This document shows positions 20,202 through 29,348 of a stretch of 64,000 nucleotides of DNA, one piece after another. The stretch's first letter is position 1. Each line of letters opens with the position of its first letter. A program made the position numbers and the translations under genes. Origin of the DNA: a virus (taxonomy: Duplodnaviria > Heunggongvirae > Uroviricota > Caudoviricetes). The stretch lies in the IMG/VR virus record IMGVR_UViG_3300045747_000063, positions 12,449 through 76,448 of that record. The stretch is one strand, 5' to 3'. The notes under the pieces are model-generated. The model saw only the letters and a list, made by a program, of their open reading frames with translations, was not told the DNA's origin and did not search any database.

Positions 20202-21491
20202 ATGATTATGTATGCAAACGTAGTGACAGAAGGCATGGTGTTGGTAGTTGATATCAGCACTGGCGAAGAAGTAAAGTTTTTCAAGACCGACAATCAATTT
20301 GCGAAAGCAGTTGAGTTGGTGAAGGCTGGCAAAGAAGCCGAGGTGTTCAAGCTCGATACGAAGTCGGTGGTTACATCGTTCTTCAAGGCCATGCAAGATG
20401 AATGGGAAGTTATCACCGTGTCCATCGAAAATGGTGTTGGTTTCATCACTCTCCACTCGTTCAACGACATGAAGGTTCCATTGGCTGATGTTATCACCAA
20501 GAAAATCCTGTCGATGGCTGAACAAGGTTTCCCTTGCAAGCCACTGGTGAACTTCTTGGGCAACCTGTACGAAAACCCAAGCAAGACCGCGATTGACGAA
20601 CTGTATGGCTTCATCGAAGCATGTGACTTGCCAATCACCGAAGATGGCTACTTCATCGCCTACAAGATGGTGAAGTCGGACTACATGGACATTCACAGCG
20701 GCACAGTGCGTAACCAAATTGGTGACGCGCCAGCAATGCCTCGTGCAATGGTTGACGCAGACCGCAATCGTACATGCTCACAAGGCTTGCACTTCTGCTC
20801 CAAGTCGTACCTGTCGTCGTTCGGCTCAAGCCGCCGTGATTCAGACCGTTGCATGTTGGTGAAAATCAATCCTGCTGACGTTGTTGCAATTCCAGCGGAC
20901 TACAATAACGCGAAGGGTCGCGCATGGACATACGAAGTAGTTGGTGAAGTTGAATCTGGCTGGCGTGCTACTCTGCCGCAAAAAGACTACACCGACAAGG
21001 CTGTGGTTTCTGCGAAGGGTAAAGAAATCGTTAACTACTCGGTTGCAGCACATGTGAAGGAAATCATCGTGAACGTACTTCATCTTGATGATGATGCATA
21101 CTTTGCCGAAGCCATCAAATGCGATTTTGGTATTGATTTATTCGACCAAGACGCGGTGTTGGATGCACTCGAAGAAGAATTTGGTATCGACTTATTCGAT
21201 ACTGATTTCGAAGATGACGCTCCCGTTAGCAAGTTTGTTGAGGCCGTTGAATTGGCTTTGACACCACGTGCGCCAGTTGTTGCTAAAATGGCTACAGTCG
21301 TAGCTCAAAAGGCAACACCAGTTCTCGCATCCGGCTTCACCGCTGACTTCGAGAAAGGCTACACCACTGGCTTCACGCATGGTAAGAGCAAGTTGAACCA
21401 AATGGCACTGCCAGCCAATACGCAATACTCGGATGGCTATGCACGCGGTTACAAAGATGGCAAGAACAAGAAAGCACGTCTCATCAAGTAA
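20202..21491 (+). CDS. rIIB: rIIB-like protein (inferred from position after rIIA)
   Basis: 429 aa immediately following rIIA-like gene; internal FGIDLFD repeat; no direct motif. Confidence 0.4.
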   Translation: MIMYANVVTEGMVLVVDISTGEEVKFFKTDNQFAKAVELVKAGKEAEVFKLDTKSVVTSFFKAMQDEWEVITVSIENGVGFITLHSFNDMKVPLADVITKKILSMAEQGFPCKPLVNFLGNLYENPSKTAIDELYGFIEACDLPITEDGYFIAYKMVKSDYMDIHSGTVRNQIGDAPAMPRAMVDADRNRTCSQGLHFCSKSYLSSFGSSRRDSDRCMLVKINPADVVAIPADYNNAKGRAWTYEVVGEVESGWRATLPQKDYTDKAVVSAKGKEIVNYSVAAHVKEIIVNVLHLDDDAYFAEAIKCDFGIDLFDQDAVLDALEEEFGIDLFDTDFEDDAPVSKFVEAVELALTPRAPVVAKMATVVAQKATPVLASGFTADFEKGYTTGFTHGKSKLNQMALPANTQYSDGYARGYKDGKNKKARLIK

Positions 21492-21506
21492 GTCGTTGTA
21501 GTTGTA

Positions 21507-21538
21507 TGGGACTACTCGCAACGGGTAGTCCCATTTTT
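21507..21538 (+). terminator. rho-independent terminator
   Basis: gggactac-tcgcaacg-ggtagtccc hairpin + ATTTTTAT. Confidence 0.7.
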
Positions 21539-21560
21539 ATCATTAGAAAAAGGAAACATC

Positions 21561-21932
21561 ATGCCAGTATCAAAACCAAATCATCGTACCAATTGGACTG
21601 CCAACACTCAAAAGCTGTGGCGCAGAATGTCCCAAAAGACAACCGAGCAAGTCAAGGAAGCACAACCGAATGGTTTCATGATTGAAACAATCCGCGAGAC
21701 TCGTCATGGTCGTCAACTTCGCAATGCACTGCGCGGCACGAACCATCCGGCACTCCCAACCGACACCATCGCTTTCATGATGAAGCGTGCGGGAATAGAT
21801 ACACCGAACTTTGACAAGGCACTCGCTATGGGCCAGAATGTCCATAAGCAAGCAGAAGACAGCTTGTCAGTTGGCGATGGTGCGATTGTTCCACCAACAG
21901 CCATTACAGTTAATGAGCAAGTGGGAGCGTAA
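21561..21932 (+). CDS. hypothetical protein (possible RpbA analog by position upstream of gene 45)
   Basis: 123 aa basic protein. Confidence 0.3.
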   Translation: MPVSKPNHRTNWTANTQKLWRRMSQKTTEQVKEAQPNGFMIETIRETRHGRQLRNALRGTNHPALPTDTIAFMMKRAGIDTPNFDKALAMGQNVHKQAEDSLSVGDGAIVPPTAITVNEQVGA

Positions 21933-21934
21933 GC

Positions 21935-22594
21935 GTGAAGTTATCCAAACAGACGGTCGAAATTCTTCGTAACTTTTCGACCATCAACAGTAATCTAATC
22001 ATCAAGGTCGGTAATAAAATATCGACCATGAGTGCGACGAAAGATATTCTTGCCGAGTATGAAGGTGCAGATACTTTTGACAAAACAGTTGCAATCTACA
22101 ACCTCGGTGAATTGCTAGGTGCGTATGCCGCCTTCAACGACCCTGAAATCACTCTCGACACAAAACATCTGACCCTCACTCAGGGTAAGCAGCAAGTCAA
22201 GTACGTGTACGCAGATGAAAGCGTGTTGATTGCTCCGAAGAAGGACATTCAAATGCCAGCAGCAGAAATCAAGGTCACACTGACCAACGAAACAATTTCT
22301 CGTATGCAAAAGATGGCGGCAATTCTTTCTGTTGAAGACTTGGCAATCATCGGTGATGGTAAGACCGTTTCCGTGAAAGTGTTCGACAAGAAGAACCCAA
22401 CTGCAAACAATTTCGAAGTTGACTTGGGAACTGACACAGCAGAAACATTCTGCGTCAATTTCAAAATCGAGAAGTTGCGTTTGTATCCATCCGACTACAC
22501 CGTGGAAATCAGCAGCAAGAAAATTTCCAAGTGGACAGCATCCGGTTTGAAGCTGACCGTGTTCGTTGCGGTTGAGTCTGACTCGCAGTTCTAA
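21935..22594 (+). CDS. 45: sliding clamp (T4 gp45-like), GTG start
   Basis: MKLSKQTVEILRNFSTINSNLIIK vs T4 gp45 MKLSKDTTALLKNFATINSGIMLK; 219 aa. Confidence 0.9.
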   Translation: MKLSKQTVEILRNFSTINSNLIIKVGNKISTMSATKDILAEYEGADTFDKTVAIYNLGELLGAYAAFNDPEITLDTKHLTLTQGKQQVKYVYADESVLIAPKKDIQMPAAEIKVTLTNETISRMQKMAAILSVEDLAIIGDGKTVSVKVFDKKNPTANNFEVDLGTDTAETFCVNFKIEKLRLYPSDYTVEISSKKISKWTASGLKLTVFVAVESDSQF

Positions 22595-22842
22595 AAAATC
22601 TGGTAACGGGAGTCACCAGTGTCCAAGACTCCCAAATTGTAATGGAGCAGTGAAAAATGCAAAAGACAGCAAATCATGGTAATGGCGAAACTCGTTATTT
22701 CTGGAACGTATCCTCTGTAACACCAACTGGAGAAACGTCCTCTGGTGTATATCGTAGCCGTTCCGCACAACTTGAATCGGTTAAGGCCACATTCAAGCGC
22801 AATGGTCACAAGAACGTTCGCATTACAGCAGCACGCGCCTAA

Positions 22843-23343
22843 TTAAGGCATATCAGGCCAGTGACGATTGCCTTTCGCGCAGTTCTCACTGGCTGGTATT
22901 ATTCTCAAATTCGCAAATACATGTAGACCACAAACTAAATCTGATATAAGAGGAACTATGTGGTCTACGTGTTGTTTGATGCCAGTTTCTTTTTCAATTC
23001 GTTTGGCTTCTTTGAATACGGAAAGATTTTGTTTTGTTTCAGTCCAGAATGGGGTTGCTTGTAGTTTAGTTGCACGGCGTTTTGCATCTGCCGCACACAT
23101 TTTATCCTTATTAGCGTTTTTCCATGCTTTTTTTGTGACGGCAAGTTTTTCTTTGTTTGATTCATTCCAATTAGTCGTTTGCAATTTCATGCATTCTCTA
23201 CATTGTGTTTGTAGGCAGTCTTTTCTGGATTTCTTTTGATTAAACTCAGATATGGGTTTTTCTGTTTTGCATTTGTGACAGAATTTTGTTGGAACTGCTG
23301 TATAAATACTCATGCTGATATCCTTCCCGATATTAGAGACCAT
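22843..23343 (-). CDS. HNH homing endonuclease, copy 1
   Basis: Cys-rich N-terminus (CHKC...CREC), HVDHIVPL...GLH...NL HNH motif; minus strand among + genes. Confidence 0.8.
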   Translation of the reverse strand: MVSNIGKDISMSIYTAVPTKFCHKCKTEKPISEFNQKKSRKDCLQTQCRECMKLQTTNWNESNKEKLAVTKKAWKNANKDKMCAADAKRRATKLQATPFWTETKQNLSVFKEAKRIEKETGIKQHVDHIVPLISDLVCGLHVFANLRIIPASENCAKGNRHWPDMP

Positions 23344-23382
23344 GCGTATTCCACTACGGCGATGGTCATTGTTTTTGATTGT

Positions 23383-23411
23383 TGACAGCGGTATAAACTG
23401 CTGTATTATTT
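23383..23411 (+). promoter_or_regulatory. sigma70-like promoter for gene 44
   Basis: TTGACA-17 bp-TATTAT upstream of gp44 start. Confidence 0.5.
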
Positions 23412-23431
23412 ATGTACATTGTGAGGAAATT

Positions 23432-24379
23432 ATGAGTGACGCGAATAAATTATTCTGGGCCGAGAAATACCGCCCTACAACGATAGATGAATGTATCCTC
23501 CCTGAACAAATCAAGGCCCAAGCACGCGGTCTAATCAAAGACCCTGCAATGCCTTCCATTCTTTTCCCTGGGCCTGCTGGCTGTGGCAAAACCACTCTGG
23601 CGAATGCTATGGCAAATGAAATGGGTGCAGACTTCATGGTTATCAACTCGTCGCTTGAACGCGGCATTGACGTTGTGAAGAACAAGATTAGCCAATACGC
23701 ATCCACTGTATCATTCACAGACAGCAAGAAAATCACACTGCTTGACGAGGCCGATGGTCTGACACCAGACGCACAGAAGTCTCTACGTGGCGTGTTCGAG
23801 GTCTACGGTGGCAATCACACGTTCATCCTGACCTGCAACCACGCAGCAAAAATCATTGAGCCGATTCGCTCACGCTGCAAGGTTATCAACTTCAAGTTCA
23901 CCAACAAAGACAAGCAAGAACTGGCAGCACAATTCGTGAAGCGCACGTTCGGCATCCTCGACAAAGAAGGTGTTGAATACGACAAGCGTTCTGTCATCGA
24001 ACTGGTAATGAAGAAATTCCCAGACTTCCGCTCTGTGTTGAACGAACTGCAAGGATACGCGGCTGGTGGAAAGATTGACGCAGGTATCATGTTGGATATC
24101 GGCGATGAAGCATTCACTCAACTGGTTGCATCATTGAAGGCGAAAAAATTCAATGAAGTTCGCAAGTGGGTTGCAGAACACTCAGATATGGAGCAGACTC
24201 AGTTCTATCGAATGTTCTACGACAAGGCAGCAGAAAAGCTCCAACCACGTTCTGTACCAGAAATGATTCTGTTGCTCGGTGAATATTCATATAAGGCTGC
24301 ATTCGTTTCGGATGTAGAAATTAACACAATGGCGTTCCTCACATCAATTTTGCTGAACGCCGCAATTGAATGGAAATAA
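23432..24379 (+). CDS. 44: clamp loader large subunit (T4 gp44-like AAA+)
   Basis: GPAGCGKTT Walker A, DEAD-like LLDEADGL, SRC motif; start moved to ATG with RBS gaggaa. Confidence 0.85.
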   Translation: MSDANKLFWAEKYRPTTIDECILPEQIKAQARGLIKDPAMPSILFPGPAGCGKTTLANAMANEMGADFMVINSSLERGIDVVKNKISQYASTVSFTDSKKITLLDEADGLTPDAQKSLRGVFEVYGGNHTFILTCNHAAKIIEPIRSRCKVINFKFTNKDKQELAAQFVKRTFGILDKEGVEYDKRSVIELVMKKFPDFRSVLNELQGYAAGGKIDAGIMLDIGDEAFTQLVASLKAKKFNEVRKWVAEHSDMEQTQFYRMFYDKAAEKLQPRSVPEMILLLGEYSYKAAFVSDVEINTMAFLTSILLNAAIEWK

Positions 24380-24968
24380 CATGTTTATAGACTCAAACGT
24401 AAGAAAGGTGTTCTTCACCGCCGATACACACTTCGGTCATAAAAACATCATCAAGTATTGCAATCGCCCGTTCGCCAATGTGGATGAAATGAACGACACC
24501 ATGCGAAACAACTGGAACAAGGTTGTTGGCCCAGATGATATCGTGTTCCATATTGGAGACTTCGCGTTCTTGAAGAATCCACGTGAAATGATTTACTCCC
24601 TGAACGGAGAAATTATTTTGGTGCCCGGTAATCATGACGACGATGTAAAGCTGTTGGAGGTTATGGGAATCAACCAGACCAAGTTCGACATTGCGCCTAC
24701 GCTGTTTGAAGTTGACTTCCAAGTGGAAGATGAGAAGCTACGCTTCGTCCTCTGCCACTACGCTCTGCGTGTCTGGAACAAGTCTCACCACGGCGCTATG
24801 CACCTGTACGGACACTCGCATGGAACACTGCCAGAAGACCCTACAGCGCGTTCTATGGACGTTGGCGTGGACTGCCACAACTTCACCCCAATCTCGTTGG
24901 ATGGCGTTCTGGTGCACATGTACAAGAAGTCTTTCAAGCCAGTTGACCATCACGGTGAACGCAAGTGA
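24366..24968 (+). CDS. calcineurin-like metallophosphoesterase
   Basis: ADTHFGH, GDFAF, GNHD, CHYAL, YGHSHG motif set; inserted between gp44 and gp62 with overlapping start/stop. Confidence 0.7.
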   Translation: MNGNNMFIDSNVRKVFFTADTHFGHKNIIKYCNRPFANVDEMNDTMRNNWNKVVGPDDIVFHIGDFAFLKNPREMIYSLNGEIILVPGNHDDDVKLLEVMGINQTKFDIAPTLFEVDFQVEDEKLRFVLCHYALRVWNKSHHGAMHLYGHSHGTLPEDPTARSMDVGVDCHNFTPISLDGVLVHMYKKSFKPVDHHGERK

Positions 24969-25333
24969 CACCTTTTGATATCGTCAATATCATCTACAAC
25001 AAGACCGAGCATGACCGTGAGGAAGTGCTTGGTGATTACAATGAATGGCTCATAAACCATGCATTGAGTAACAACATGGACACTTTGTTGTTCGCGCAGG
25101 AAATGAGTCAGTTCAATCACCTTCCAAAGGACATTCAGTTCGACTTCTATCAATTCGGAATTCCAAAAGGAAAACGTTTTGGTAAATGGCACAAAGCAGA
25201 AAAGTCCGATGAAGAGATAATTAGAGCGTTATGTACAACTTTTAATTGCAATATGACAATCGCCAAGAGTTATTTGAAACTGATGGGAGACGAACAGAAA
25301 AAACTACTGCTTCAACGCGAGGGCGGAAAGTAA
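24965..25333 (+). CDS. 62: clamp loader small subunit (T4 gp62-like)
   Basis: GIPKGKRFGKWHK matches T4 gp62 AVPRGKRYGKWAK block. Confidence 0.6.
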   Translation: MTPFDIVNIIYNKTEHDREEVLGDYNEWLINHALSNNMDTLLFAQEMSQFNHLPKDIQFDFYQFGIPKGKRFGKWHKAEKSDEEIIRALCTTFNCNMTIAKSYLKLMGDEQKKLLLQREGGK

Positions 25334-25335
25334 GT

Positions 25336-25884
25336 TTAAGGCATATCCGGCCAGTGGTGATTGTTCTTTGAAAGATTTTCGCTGGCTGGAATTATTCTTA
25401 GGTTTGATAAACAATGTAGACCACAAACAATATCAGATTGAAGAGGAACTATATGGTCAACGTGATATTGCAATCCGGTCAATATACTTCTAAGTGCGCA
25501 CAGTTCATATATTTCATTCGTCACAAACTTTTCAAATTCATCATTAGACCATAAAGGGGTTGCTTGTAATTTCTTGGCGCGGCGTTTGGCATTGCGTAGA
25601 TTGAATGATGATTTATTGCGTTGTAGATAATTGTGTTTACGTTCTGAAATTTTAAGTTTGTTCTCTTGATAGTACACCTTATATTTGGCTTTTAGGTGTT
25701 CGCTGTTTTGGTGATACTGTGATAGTTGAGATTTATTTTCTTTATAATGGACTAGATTATATTCTCTAACGCAAGATTTGCAGGTGTACTGCAAACCGTC
25801 TTCATTTGATGTTTTCTTTGAAAAATATTTTGTTGATTTTTCCGTTTTACATTTGTTACATATTTTGGTTATATAAATATACAT
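25336..25884 (-). CDS. HNH homing endonuclease, copy 2 (paralog of 22843..23343)
   Basis: same Cys-rich N-term and YHVDHIVPL...GLH...NLRIIPASEN...HWPDMP C-term. Confidence 0.8.
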   Translation of the reverse strand: MYIYITKICNKCKTEKSTKYFSKKTSNEDGLQYTCKSCVREYNLVHYKENKSQLSQYHQNSEHLKAKYKVYYQENKLKISERKHNYLQRNKSSFNLRNAKRRAKKLQATPLWSNDEFEKFVTNEIYELCALRSILTGLQYHVDHIVPLQSDIVCGLHCLSNLRIIPASENLSKNNHHWPDMP

Positions 25885-26000
25885 GCTGATACTCCTATAA
25901 AGTGTTAGAGCCTATGGATTGTGATGAATCGTGATAGGTATGATTATTTATATGAATTGCGGTTCTAATAAATAGAAAATAACCAAAATGGAACTATAAA

Positions 26001-26396
26001 ATGGATAACATTAATATTGGAATAGAAATTGAATTGAAAAACCCAGAAGATTTTCTGTTAGTTAAAGAATCACTAACGAGAATTGGGGTTGCGTCGAAGA
26101 GAACACAGACATTGTTTCAAAGCGTACATATTTTACATAAGCGTGGTAGATACTATCTAACACACTTCAAAGAACTTTTCACACTGGATGGTAAAGCATC
26201 CACGATAACACCAGACGATATCACAAGACGCAATTTGATTGCATCCTTGCTAAACGATTGGGGTTTGGTGACGGTGAGAAATATTTCTCTATTGGGTGAC
26301 AAAGCACCGTTGCACCTGATAAAGATTATTCCTTTTAAAGAAAAAGGGAATTGGAAGTTGGAGTCCAAGTATTCCTTGGGCAATAAATCAAGATAA
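26001..26396 (+). CDS. regA: translational repressor RegA
   Basis: IEIELKNPEDFLLVKESLTRIGVA...YYLTHFKELF resembles T4 RegA (ITLKKPEDFLKVKETLTRMGIA...YYIVHFKEML). Confidence 0.85.
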   Translation: MDNINIGIEIELKNPEDFLLVKESLTRIGVASKRTQTLFQSVHILHKRGRYYLTHFKELFTLDGKASTITPDDITRRNLIASLLNDWGLVTVRNISLLGDKAPLHLIKIIPFKEKGNWKLESKYSLGNKSR

Positions 26397-26410
26397 CAGG
26401 AGAAAGTGAA

Positions 26411-26614
26411 ATGAGTTTTCAAATTGAATTGGCTGACTTGGCCCAAGTGAATACAGTATTGGCAGGACTGGCTGAATTGCCAGCAAAGACTTCGTATGAC
26501 GTGATTAACTCCGTCAAACGCCAAGCCGAAACGCAAATCGCTGCAACACAGGTCAAAGAAGCAGCACCAGCAGGACAGCAATTGCTGACCGAAGATGGCG
26601 GCAAATCCGCATAA
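26411..26614 (+). CDS. hypothetical small protein
   Basis: 67 aa ORF with RBS. Confidence 0.35.
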   Translation: MSFQIELADLAQVNTVLAGLAELPAKTSYDVINSVKRQAETQIAATQVKEAAPAGQQLLTEDGGKSA

Positions 26615-26854
26615 ACAAGACACCACACCCGACTCACGATTAGTCTCCCCAGACCCAATCGTGAAGTCTGGGTGGATTTTCAAAGTGAGCAGTTATTATG
26701 ACGAAGGTGTTCTTGTCTTTGCTGTATATGAGCTACTTGGCTACACCAGCGTCAAATATTTTTCTAATCCTGTTGCATCACGAGAATGGATTGATACTTT
26801 GGTCGCTTATACAACCAAGATTTTTCCGTACAACTCGACCATAAAGTTAGAAGA

Positions 26855-26884
26855 TTTGAAATAGTAATTGCAGCACCATATAAT
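26855..26884 (+). promoter_or_regulatory. sigma70-like promoter
   Basis: TTGAAA-17 bp-TATAAT. Confidence 0.5.
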
Positions 26885-26916
26885 GAACCAGTGAAGTTTT
26901 ACCTCTGAAAGAAACA

Positions 26917-27108
26917 ATGAAAACAAAAGACGGTCAAGAACTTGAAGTAGTTGGGCAAGTTCAGATGGAGAAACCATACTTCATCGTTAAAATCCCAATT
27001 CCATTTTACCAAGGCACACGTCTGGTAAAGTTTATCCTATTGCCAATCACAGAATTTGATGTGAAAAATGGCGCACAAGAAGTGGAGTACGCAAATGTCA
27101 CTACCTGA
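26917..27108 (+). CDS. hypothetical small protein
   Basis: 63 aa ORF. Confidence 0.3.
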   Translation: MKTKDGQELEVVGQVQMEKPYFIVKIPIPFYQGTRLVKFILLPITEFDVKNGAQEVEYANVTT

Positions 27109-27364
27109 TTTAGTCAACGGCGGTTTTGAAATGTTTGGTGGATTGTTTGTTCTCAATCACTGCCGAGCATTGTACAAAGACAAGATGGTTCGTGGTGTGA
27201 GCATCATCAGTACGATTTTCTTCTTGTCATGGGGATTGTGGAACCTGTATTACTATCCACACCTCGACCAATGGGCAAGTTTCTACGGCGGTCTGGTAAT
27301 CGCACTTGCAAACATCTTGTGGATTTCTATGATGGTTTACTACTCGAAGGTGAAGGTGGTTTGA
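27068..27364 (+). CDS. small membrane protein
   Basis: 98 aa, 3 hydrophobic segments. Confidence 0.35.
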   Translation: MAHKKWSTQMSLPDLVNGGFEMFGGLFVLNHCRALYKDKMVRGVSIISTIFFLSWGLWNLYYYPHLDQWASFYGGLVIALANILWISMMVYYSKVKVV

Positions 27365-27365
27365 T

Positions 27366-27836
27366 ATGAAAAGAATTCTTTACTTGGATATGGATGGCGT
27401 TCTAGCCGACTTCGAAGGAACTACTCAAGCCCTACTCGGCTCAGAATACAACTGGAAAGAAGAAGTAGACAAACCACATTGGGGAATGGTGCAAGAGATT
27501 CAAAATCTCTACGCAATCCTTAAACCATTGCCAGATGCCCACGAGTTGTGGGATTGGGTTCACACACGTTTTGATGATGTTCGAATCCTCACTGCAATTC
27601 CAAAGCGTGCACACTTCCCAGAAGCCGTGAACGACAAACGCAATTGGATTCACAAACACTTTGGCCCCGCTAAAGTCTGCTTTGGGCCATATGCATACGA
27701 CAAACAGTTCCACTGTACTGATGGTGATATCTTAATTGACGATGCCGAGATAAATATCAAACAATGGAACAGCCGTGGCGGTTATGGAATCCTCCACACC
27801 TCGACAAAAAATACAATTGAAATAATGGGAAGCTAA
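27366..27836 (+). CDS. HAD-family 5'(3')-deoxyribonucleotidase-like
   Basis: LDMDGVLADF HAD motif I at N-terminus. Confidence 0.55.
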   Translation: MKRILYLDMDGVLADFEGTTQALLGSEYNWKEEVDKPHWGMVQEIQNLYAILKPLPDAHELWDWVHTRFDDVRILTAIPKRAHFPEAVNDKRNWIHKHFGPAKVCFGPYAYDKQFHCTDGDILIDDAEINIKQWNSRGGYGILHTSTKNTIEIMGS

Positions 27837-27837
27837 C

Positions 27838-28401
27838 ATGAAAATTATTGGACTCAATGGCGCAGCAGGCGCGGGCAAGGATGCCCTTGCAAAGCAAATT
27901 ATCGACCGTCATGGTTGGGCTACATATGCATTCGCTACACCAATTCGTGCAGCGTTGAATGGTGCGTTCCAAATTCCTTACGAGGATATGGCAGACCCTG
28001 TGTTGAAAAACAAACCAGACTATTTGTTTGGTCGTAGTATTCGCTACATGATGCAAACTCTTGGAACTGAATGGGGCCGTGAATTGGTCAACCAAGAAAT
28101 CTGGATGCTTGAAGCTGAACGCCGCATCAACTCAGTTCGTGATATGGTTCAGGGAATCGTTATCACCGATTGTCGTTTCCCGAATGAAGCAGACAAGATT
28201 CATGAAATGGGTGGCATCGTTGTGAAAATTACTCGCACCGACAACCCATACGCAGCAGCAGTGAATGCGAACGGTGCAACTGCCCACGCATCCGAAGCTG
28301 GATTGTCCGCCGAAAAAATCGACGTGAACATCTACAACACATCATCAATCGAAGCAATGTATGACGCTTTGGTTCTTGCTCGTCCAGACTTATTCAAATG
28401 A
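27838..28401 (+). CDS. P-loop dNMP kinase-like (T4 gp1-like)
   Basis: IIGLNGAAGAGKDALA P-loop; size 187 aa; nucleotide-metabolism neighbourhood. Confidence 0.5.
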   Translation: MKIIGLNGAAGAGKDALAKQIIDRHGWATYAFATPIRAALNGAFQIPYEDMADPVLKNKPDYLFGRSIRYMMQTLGTEWGRELVNQEIWMLEAERRINSVRDMVQGIVITDCRFPNEADKIHEMGGIVVKITRTDNPYAAAVNANGATAHASEAGLSAEKIDVNIYNTSSIEAMYDALVLARPDLFK

Positions 28402-29348
28402 TTTTCATCATCATCGCCGCAATCGTTGCATTGGCGTTAGCAACAGTATCAGAAGCTTTCAGTATTATCGGTATGGCTCAAACCTTCCCGTTTATTTTCT
28501 GGTCGGTTATCGCAATGGGTGTGGTGTTGGGTGCTGGTAAATTAGTTGGAGCATCATTCGTATACCGTTATTGGAAGACAGCGCCAAAAGCGTTGACAAT
28601 TCCAATTGCGGTTCTCGTATGTGTGTTGACCGTGACGACAATCACCAGCCACTTTGGTTATTTGTCGAATGGTTATTTACATGACTCGTTACCATTGAAG
28701 CAGGTAACAGTTCAGATTGAGCAGTTCGAAAAAGAACGTGACCGCAAGATTGTTCGCAAACAAGAAATCGACACACAGATTGCTCAATTGCCAAGTGACC
28801 GTGCTGCTTCTCGCGTGAAGCTTGCAAAGCAGTTCGCAGATGAACAGAGCGCATTGACAACTCGAATCAATTCTCTGGATACACAAATCACAGAATTGAA
28901 GGGAAAACAACTTGACGCAACAAGTCACGTTGGCCCGATTGCATACATTTCTTCGGCAATTGGAATTACCACAGATGATGGGGTAAAATGGTTCATCTTG
29001 TTGATAGCTGGTGTGTTCGACCCACTTGCATTGTTGATTACAATTGCAATCAGCCACATGATGGAAGTCCGCAAGATTGAACTGGCAGAAGCAAGCAAAG
29101 AGGACGAGACCGAAGAAGTCGAACAACCAAAGAAGCGCATCAAGAAACCTCTACCGCAGTCAAATGATTTGTTCGAATTGACAAAGGATGTAGAAGCACC
29201 TAAAGTTGTCGAGCAACCAAAAGTAGTTGAAGCACCGAAAGATGCGTTTGTTCCAATAACGGAATCAAACAGAAAAGAAGCCCCACCAACACCGCCTGCG
29301 TCCAGTACGCGAGGAATGAAAGTTACAACCCCTTACTCGATTAGATAA
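28398..29348 (+). CDS. membrane protein with coiled coil and C-terminal PKVVE repeats
   Basis: N-terminal TM helices, central coiled coil, TM, APKVVEQPKVVEAPK repeats. Confidence 0.4.
   Translation: MIFIIIAAIVALALATVSEAFSIIGMAQTFPFIFWSVIAMGVVLGAGKLVGASFVYRYWKTAPKALTIPIAVLVCVLTVTTITSHFGYLSNGYLHDSLPLKQVTVQIEQFEKERDRKIVRKQEIDTQIAQLPSDRAASRVKLAKQFADEQSALTTRINSLDTQITELKGKQLDATSHVGPIAYISSAIGITTDDGVKWFILLIAGVFDPLALLITIAISHMMEVRKIELAEASKEDETEEVEQPKKRIKKPLPQSNDLFELTKDVEAPKVVEQPKVVEAPKDAFVPITESNRKEAPPTPPASSTRGMKVTTPYSIR

Noticed and set aside
19307-20717. Minus-strand ORFs of 232 and 186 aa inside the rIIA/rIIB-like genes
   Set aside because: Antisense to + strand genes with recognisable motifs. No RBS or motif support.
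23312-23431. N-terminal 40-codon extension of the gp44 ORF
   Set aside because: The extension overlaps the divergent HNH gene start and the TTGACA/TATTAT promoter. The ATG at 23432 has an RBS and gives a protein of T4 gp44 size.
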